Origin: Lytechinus pictus | Taxonomy: Eukaryota | DNA length: 64,000 bases | Direction of reading: 5' to 3' | NCBI RefSeq assembly: GCF_037042905.1 | Contig: NC_087250.1 | Location: 18,912,001 to 18,976,000, forward strand | Shown here: positions 63,701-64,000 of the stretch, piece after piece | Layout: every line of letters starts with the position of its first letter | Numbering within the stretch: the first letter of the stretch is position 1 | Notes under the pieces: model-generated | What the model was told of the DNA's origin: nothing | Seen by the model: the letters and a program-made list of their open reading frames with translations, nothing else | Databases searched by the model: none | Program-made: the position numbers and the translations under genes

Positions 63701-64000
63701 ATGCTTTTCACATTGCATTTCCTTAACCCTATACTATCCTTAACCCCGGACTATCCTTAACCCCGGACTCTCCTTAACCCCATACTATCTTTTTTTTGGA
63801 TTCACACGGTCTTTCTTAACCCAATACTATCTGCTTTAGCCGGGGTTAACGCCTTAACCCCGGACTATCCCACAGCTCATGAATATTGATGATTTTACCA
63901 TACAGAGCGTGATTAACATGCAATTTTGACTTCTGTGATTGGCTATTGCTTAGCCCCACTTTTCCTTAGCCCAGTTTTGTTTCACACTGCATCTCTTAGC
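63701..64000. mobile_element. Second (inverted) copy of the 52901-53408 MITE, cut by the window edge
   Basis: Reverse-complement identity to ~53120-53408. Confidence 0.85.

Overview
AT-rich (about 65% by eye) eukaryotic genomic DNA from an invertebrate animal. The repeat content suggests a sea-urchin-like deuterostome, but that is my inference only. Two spliced genes face each other tail-to-tail. On + are the last four coding exons of a TGFBRAP1 (Vps3/TRAP1, CORVET subunit) orthologue (4713-11759). On - is the 3' part of a NHERF/EBP50 (SLC9A3R)-family PDZ scaffold gene (35974 down to 24018). It comprises half a PDZ domain, a long acidic/Pro-rich linker with an EPTPEPVR repeat, a probable 42-nt mini-exon and a C-terminal ERM-binding motif; its upstream exons were not found in the window. 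The rest is intron, UTR or intergenic DNA packed with non-autonomous DNA transposons (TTAA, 3-, 5-, 6-, 8- and 9-bp TSD classes, often nested), tRNA-derived SINEs and micro/minisatellites. I found no intact transposase, CRISPR array or bona fide tRNA/rRNA gene, and almost all other ORFs in the track look spurious. The most notable unexplained signals are: (1) strong enrichment of TACATGTA (and TAGGCCTA), with direct evidence from paralogous repeat copies that TACATGTA arises by a CATGTA insertion at a TA, matching a Tc1/mariner excision footprint; (2) a 3-kb TIR element with eight same-strand 15-bp motifs; (3) a degenerate ~135-bp repeat array whose conserved core looks like acceptor + 10-nt micro-exon + donor; (4) a tandem repeat built from a TGFBRAP1 splice donor. 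Counts and coordinates were made by eye.
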